DNA of 64,000 nt from Nemertoderma westbladi (Eukaryota; Animalia; Xenacoelomorpha), in NCBI GenBank assembly GCA_032718475.1, contig JAUCBJ010003600.1, positions 1 through 64,000 of the forward strand, read 5' to 3'. Each line of letters begins with the position of its first letter. The first letter of the stretch is position 1. The position numbers were made by a program, and so were the translations under genes. The notes below the pieces were generated by a model, which ran no database searches, had not been told where the DNA came from, and saw only the letters and a list, made by a program, of their open reading frames with translations. Below are positions 56,706-64,000 of the stretch, piece by piece.

Positions 56706-58260
56706 CCAATACCAATAATCAATACCGATACCAATAACCAATACCAATAATCAATACCGATACCGATAACTGATACCAATAATCAATACCAATAACCGAT
56801 ACCAATAATCAATATCGAAACCGGTAACCAATACCAATACTGATACCGATAACCGATACCAATAATCAATACCAATACCGATTTCCAATACCAATAATCT
56901 ATACCGAAACCAATAACCAATACTGATACCAATAATCAATACTGATAACAATAATAAATTCCAATACTAATAACCTATACCAATAATCAATACCGATACT
57001 GATAACCGATGCCAATGACCAATATCGATACCAATATCAATAACGTTTTTAATATCTATACCAATATCAATAATCTTTTTAATATCAATACCAATATCAA
57101 TAACCAATATCGATACCAATAACCAATATCAATAACCAATAATCAATAATCAATAACCAATATCAATAACCAATATCAATAACCAATATCGATACCAATA
57201 ACCATTATCAATAACCAATAACCAATATCAATAACCAATAATCAATATCAATAACCAATATAAATAACCAATATCGACACCAATAACCAATATCAATAAC
57301 CAATATCCAATAACCAATATCAATAACCAATATCGATACCAATAACCAATATCAATAACCAATAACCAATATCAATAACCAATATCAATAACCAATATCA
57401 ATATCAATAAACAATATCGATACCAATAACCAATATCAATAACCAATAACCAATAAACAATATCAATAACCAATATCAATAACCAATATTGATACCAATA
57501 ACCAATATCAATAACAAATATTGATACCAATAACCAATATCAATAACCACTAACCAATAACCAATATAAATAACCAATATCTATACCAATAATCAATATC
57601 AATAACCAATATAAATAACCAATATCAATAACCAATAACCAATATCAATAACCAATATCAATAACCAATATCAATAACCAATATCGATACCAATAACCAA
57701 TATCAATAACCACTAACCAATAATCAATATCAATAACCAATATCAATAACCAATATCGATACCAATAACTAATATCAATAACCAATAACCAATATCAATA
57801 ACCAATATCGATACCAATAACCAATATCAATAACCAATATCAATAACCAATAAACAATAACCAATATCAATATCAATACACAATATCGATTCCAATATCA
57901 ATAACCAATATCGATACCAATAACCAATATCAATAACCAATATCTATACCAATATCAATAACCTTTTTAATATCGATACCAATAACCAATATCAATAACC
58001 AATAATTAATAACCAATATCGATACCAATAACCAATATCAATAACCACTAACCAATAATCAATATCAATAACCAATATCAATAACCAATATCAATAACCA
58101 ATATCGACACCAATAACCAATATCAATAACCAATAACCAATAACCAATATCCATAACCAATATAAATAACCAATATCGATACCAATTACAATAACCAATA
58201 TCGATGCCAATATTAATAATCAATGTCGATATTAATTCACCGATACCGATACCAGTATCA
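56706..58260. repeat. Hexamer-based low-complexity satellite (AATACC/AATAAC/AATATC/GATACC)
   Basis: Directly visible; continuous with the GTACC satellite. Confidence 0.95.
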
Positions 58261-59700
58261 TTTCACAAGCATTTACATAATGATACATACCATGGCATTT
58301 AGCCGCAATGCATAGGCCTATAACAAATACTTACCATACATACCCCTGCTGCCCCCTTTGATCCATTGTATCAACTATGTTATTATAACTATAATTTCAA
58401 ATAAGGTTATTCTTCATCGTTTTAATTAGTACTTAATATGAATAGAAAGATAAAATTACGCTAATTCTAATGAACTTAAAATCAGCCAATTTCATCCACG
58501 TCAACCAAAGTTACAGGCCGCCAAAGTTTTCATTATTTTCAGAGTACACTAGTGGTTTCTAAGCCACGCTCAGTCATTACCTCTATGCCACGAAGATCTC
58601 TGATTCGTTCAAACGCTATCATTATTTCAATGGTGGGGAGAAAGTTAGTATTTAAAATTCAAATTAAACATAGAAAACATGATTCTCATGAGTAGCTAAA
58701 AAAAAAAATTTTAAGCAAAATTCAATCTAGTTCCCGAATCTGTCACTTTCCCGCCATCAAACCCTCAACTTTTCCAAATAATGTACAGGGGAAAATTCTG
58801 TCAAAAAGAAAAACCATTATTCCCCTTCACTTAATGTAAAATCTATAATGGTTGAAGCTATTTTCCCTTTGTCTCCACAGAAACAGCGAATCAGAAGCTT
58901 TGTTTACATCCCACCAACTCATCTTGCTAAACCCGGCTTTTTCCAAAAAAATATCGCGTTTTAAGCTAGTTTTTATGCAAAAACTCCTATTATACTATCC
59001 AAAATTATATTCAAAATATATACATCATATGGAATGCGACATGGCGAGTCTCGTGGTATATTTACTTTTTCAAGAGATACTTAAATAAGCCCAATCTAAC
59101 GTCAAGTTCCTGTGTTTTCACTCAACATATCCATTCAAGATGGCGTCCGTTCAAGGCAATATCCAATCTACTTATGCTAATGAGTTCTTTACTATAGTCA
59201 CTGCGTACAGGCGCATTGCATTGTTACCTTGCTAGCCATAGCCATCCATTATTATTACATTGACACAACGTTCTTTAATACAACCCCACAGAGTTCATAG
59301 AGAGTTCACAGACAGTTGTTCGCGCATACCATCTCAATCAGGCCTACGCGACCGTAGCCTACTTGTTTCAGTTTACATTCAGTGGGCTTTATTTATACAA
59401 AGGCAACGGCCAGTGTCATTTCATTCAATAACAATACTTCTGTGTTACTTACCGTAGGTAGTTGTTACGTCGGATTACAATAATTAATTATCCGTTCGCA
59501 ATCAAATATTATATTAAAGTGTTTCGGGACGACGCCATCCTTTGTTATTGCAAGGACTATTAATTCATTCAAAGCAAAGGTAATTTATTTATTATAATCC
59601 CGTATATAATTATTACGTAGCTAGACTTACTATAAGAAGGCTGAACTTATTAATTAACTTATTATTTAAATTCATTTACTCAGGTTTACTCAATTATTTT

Positions 59701-59847
59701 GGCGCTAATCTTCTGGTAGACTCGACCGGCCAGAAGCTGAAACTGTCTGACTTTGGTAGTACGGCAGCCCGTCTGCAGTCGCAACAAACGTTCGGTGGGG
59801 AATTCCAGGGTCAACTATTGGGCACCATCGCATTTATGGCTCCAGAA
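59701..59847 (+). pseudogene. MAP3K1: MAP3K1 kinase exon, copy 2
   Basis: Same sequence as 48508-48654. Confidence 0.85.
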
Positions 59848-62800
59848 GTAAGTTGTAGGGAATTCAGTAGTCACTCAGTCAATTCAGTAGAACCCTCACT
59901 GACAACTAAACTAAAAATTAAAAAGTATGTAAGACAATCACCAAACTTATTTCATAAGAAAAATTACAAATCGAAATGATATATTGGCTTTCTATCCACA
60001 TAACCTGTTAGTAAATGGGCCGTACGGCGCTATGTAATCACAACGCCATCTGATTACGATGCCATTTTATATGAAATCGCTTTAAACAGTAACTTCCATT
60101 GAGTTTCAATACGATCTATTAACATATTTATAATGCTGAAATGTGTAGCTTTTAAATAAGCTAAAAATCGTTAAATTCCGTTAATTAGAACGCGACTTAC
60201 ACTTGTTTTTATAAAGAACAATATTTATTTATCCATTAATTTCACTTTTTTTACGAAATTAATTAATTCTTGACTTCACCCCCCCCCCCCCCCCCCCCCC
60301 CATCCCAGTTGTTGCTGACCAATAAGAACTCAAGGATTGTTATATTGCCGTAGCCCCTCCGCTATAGACGATACAGAGAGTTAAACTTATGAAATCATAA
60401 TAAACAACATTCATTGTGTTGGAGAGATTCATTTACGGTCTGGATCCAATTCAATTACAAGTCGCTTATAAGAAAGTTTGATGTTCTGGATATGACGACG
60501 GCCGTTTAATAAAACTGTTGTAGAGGTTCCGATAATATTTCTAGCTCTTAGTTTTGGGAAGATATTTATAAATTATATTGTGTAAATTATACGCAATATA
60601 AATATGTTTTAAAACTATAAGTTAAGATACTATTACTATTCGTTTGTACTAATTAATTGATCTATCTGAATTATTGTTAATATTTTTTTTAGGACAGACT
60701 ACATTGAACGCCGCATGATGATGAACAACGCCGCTAATACTCCACACACTGCCTAGGGATGGGTTTCTACCATGTTGAAAAATCAATGTGTATTGGTCAC
60801 TCGCGATTGATAATTTATATTAATTAGAACTAATTAATTAATTATGGACACAATAATGGTGATTTAACTGTTTTTAACTGAACTGATATTAAGTTATATA
60901 ACTGTGTGTTTCAAATATTTGGTTTATATCAGTTGTTGACATTACAAATAATTATTGATTCTTATCCAAGTTACATAACTGTATTTTTTCGAATTTATCT
61001 CAAAGACGTTTTGTTTGAACCCCAATATCTTCATAAGAACAAAATATATTTAAAAACGGTTACTGTATTTGGAATCTGCTGTTAATTTAACACTAAAAGA
61101 AGTATCACAAGTTAACTTTTCTCTAAATGTTACAGAAACGGACAGGGAATAGTTATGTCTGCCTTTTCAAGAAAAAATACCTAAAATATCATAAAATATC
61201 AAAAAACGTTGTGTTTGAACCCAAATATCGCGAGAACTACCAATAATATGTAAAAACGGTTACTGTATTTGGAATCTGCTGTTAATTTAACACTAAAAGA
61301 AGAATCACAAGTGAACTTTTCTCTAAATGTTACAGAAACGGACTGGGAATAGTTATGTCTGCTTTTTCAATAAAAAATACCTAAAATATCATAAAATATC
61401 AAAAAACGTTGTGTTTGAACCCAAATATCGCGAGAACTACCAATCATATGTTAAAACGGTTACTGTATTTGGAATCTGCTGTTAATTTAACACTAAAAGA
61501 AGTATCACAAGTGAACTTTTCTCTAAATGTTACAGAAACGGACTGGGAATAGTTATGTCTGCTTTTTCAATAAAAAATACCTAAAATATCATAAAATATC
61601 AAAAAACGTTGTGTTTGAACCAAAATATCGCGAGAACTACAAATCATATGTAAAAACGGTTACTGTTTTTAGTTCCGGTACCAGTAAAAGTACCGGTACC
61701 AGTAAAAGTACCGGTACCAGTACAAGTACCGGTACCAGTACAAGTACCGGAACCATTGCTAGTACCGCTGCCAGAACCGGTACCGGTACCAGTAAAAGTA
61801 ACGGTACTACTACAAGTACCGGTACAATTACAAGTACCGGTACCTGTACAAGTATCGGTACCAGTACCGGTACCAGTAAAAGTACCGGTACCAGTAAAAG
61901 TACCGGTACCAGTACAAGTATCAGTTCAAGTACAAGTACCGGTACCAGTACAAGTACCGGTACCATTACAAGAACCAGTACCTGTACAAGTACAGGTACC
62001 AGTATCGGTACCAGTACCGGTACCAGTACCGGTACCAGTACCGGTACCAGTACCGGTGCCAGTACCGGTACCAGTACTGGTACCAGTAAAAGTACCGGTA
62101 CCAGTTTATGTACAAGTACCAGTACCGGTACCAGTAAAAGTACTGGTAACAGTAAAAGTAAAAGTACCGGTACCAGTACCAGTAATAGTACCGGTACCAG
62201 TACCGGTACCAGTACCAGTAATAGTACCGGTACCAGTACCGGTACCAGTAAAAGTACCGGTACCTGTTCATGTACCGGTACCAGTACCGGTACCAGTAAA
62301 AGTACCGGTACCACTAAAAGTAAAAGTACTGGTACCAGTAATAGTACCAGTACCAGTACCGGTACCAGCATCGGTACCATTACCAGTACCAGTACCAGTA
62401 CCGGTACCAGTAAAAGTACCGGTGCCAGTTTATGTACCGGTACCAGTACCGGTACCAGTAAAAGTACTGGTAACAGTAAAAGTAAAAGTACCGGTACCAG
62501 TAAAAGTACCGGTACCAGTTCATGTACCGGTACCAGTACCGGTACAAGTAATAGTACTGGTACCAGTACAAGTACCAGTACAAGTACCGGTACCTGTACA
62601 AGTACCGGTACCAGTACAAGTATCAGTTCAAGTACAAGTACCGGTACCAGTACAAGTACCGGTACCATTACAAGAACTAGTACCTGTACAAGTACAGGTA
62701 CCAGTATCGGTACCAGTACCGGTACCAGTACCGGTACCAGTACCGGTACCAGTTCCGGTACAAGTACCTTTACCAGTACCGGTACCAGTACCGGTACCAG

Positions 62801-64000
62801 TAAAAGTACCAGTACCAGTTTATGTACAAGTACCAGTACCGGTACCAGTAAAAGTACTGGTAACAGTAAAAGTAAAAGTACCGGTACCAGTAATAGTACC
62901 GGTACCAGTACCGGCTCCAGTAAAAGTACCGGTACCTGTTCATGTACCAGTACCAGTACCGGTACCAGTAAAAGTAAAAATACTGGTATCAGTAATAGTA
63001 CCAGTACCAGTACCAGTAGCGGTACCAGTACCGGTACCAGTAAAAGTACCGGTACCTGTTCATGTACCGGTACCAGTACCGGTACCAGTAAAAGTTCCGG
63101 TACCACCAAAAGTAAAAGTACCGGTAATAGTAATAGTACCGGTACCAGTACCGGTACAAGTACCTTTACCAGTACCGGTACCAGTACCGGTACCAGTAAA
63201 AGTACCGGTACCAGTTTATGTACAAGTACCAGTACCGATACCAGTAAAAGTACTGGTAACAGTAAAAGTAAAAGTACCGGTACCAGTAATAGTACCGGTA
63301 CCAGTACCGGCACCAGTAAAAGTACCGGTACCTGTTCATGTACCGGTACCAGTACCGGTACCAGTAAAAGTAAAAATACTGGTATCAGTAATAGTACCAG
63401 TACCAGTAGCGGTACCAGTACCGGTACCAGTAAAAGTACCGGTACCTGTTCATGTACCGGTACCAGTACCGGTACCAGTAAAATTTCCGGTACCACCAAA
63501 AGTAAAAGTACAGGTACCAGTAATAGTACCGGTACCAGTACCGGTACCAGTAAAAGTACCGGTACCTGTTCATGTACCGGTACCAGTACCGGTACCAGTA
63601 AAAGTACTGGTACCACTAAAAGTAAAAGTACCGGTGCCAGTAATAGTGCCTGTACCAGTACCGGTAAAAGTACCGGTACCTGTTCATGTACCGGTACCAG
63701 TACCGGTACCAGTTAAAATACCAGTACCAGTAAAAGTAAAATTAACGGTGCCAGTATCAAGTACTGGTACCAGTACCGGTACCAGTAAAAGTATCGGTAC
63801 CAGTACAAGTAGCAGTACAAGTACCGGTACCAGTAAAAGTACCGGTACCAGTAAAAGTACCGGTACCAGTACCGGTACCAATAAAAGTACCGGTACCTGT
63901 TCATGTACCGGTACCAGTAAAAGTACCGGTACCATTACCGGTACCAGTAAAAGTACCGGTACCTGTTGATGTACCAGTACCAGTACCGGTACCAGTAAAA

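Overview
AT-rich, repeat-dense eukaryotic (probably invertebrate animal) genomic DNA. From left to right: a decayed, 3'-truncated BEL/Pao LTR retrotransposon (~0.2-4.05 kb); a 68-bp satellite; a complete 16.4-kb Polinton/Maverick endogenous virus (5488-21910; AGTAGT...ACTACT ends, ~1.1-kb TIRs, 6-bp TSD ATTGAT). The Polinton encodes pPolB, packaging ATPase, integrase (split by a MITE), two tandem minor capsid genes, major capsid, adenain-like protease and core-like proteins, plus two unusual genes: a TATA-binding-protein-like ORF and a 579-aa ORF with PC4-like repeats whose start codon sits at the inner edge of the right TIR. Next come CRE- and RTE-type LINE fragments and minisatellites. A minus-strand host gene follows, whose two exons (43336-42481 and 35991-32624) splice in phase into a WD40 - APAF1-like winged helix - Roc GTPase - COR - CARD - CARD protein; it has a decoy proximal acceptor and a second COR-tail/CARD-CARD module downstream. 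The window ends in an ~11.2-kb near-identical tandem duplication carrying an orphan MAP3K1 kinase exon, 200-bp repeats and a large GTACC-hexamer satellite. All protein assignments are by eye from motifs; no searches were run.
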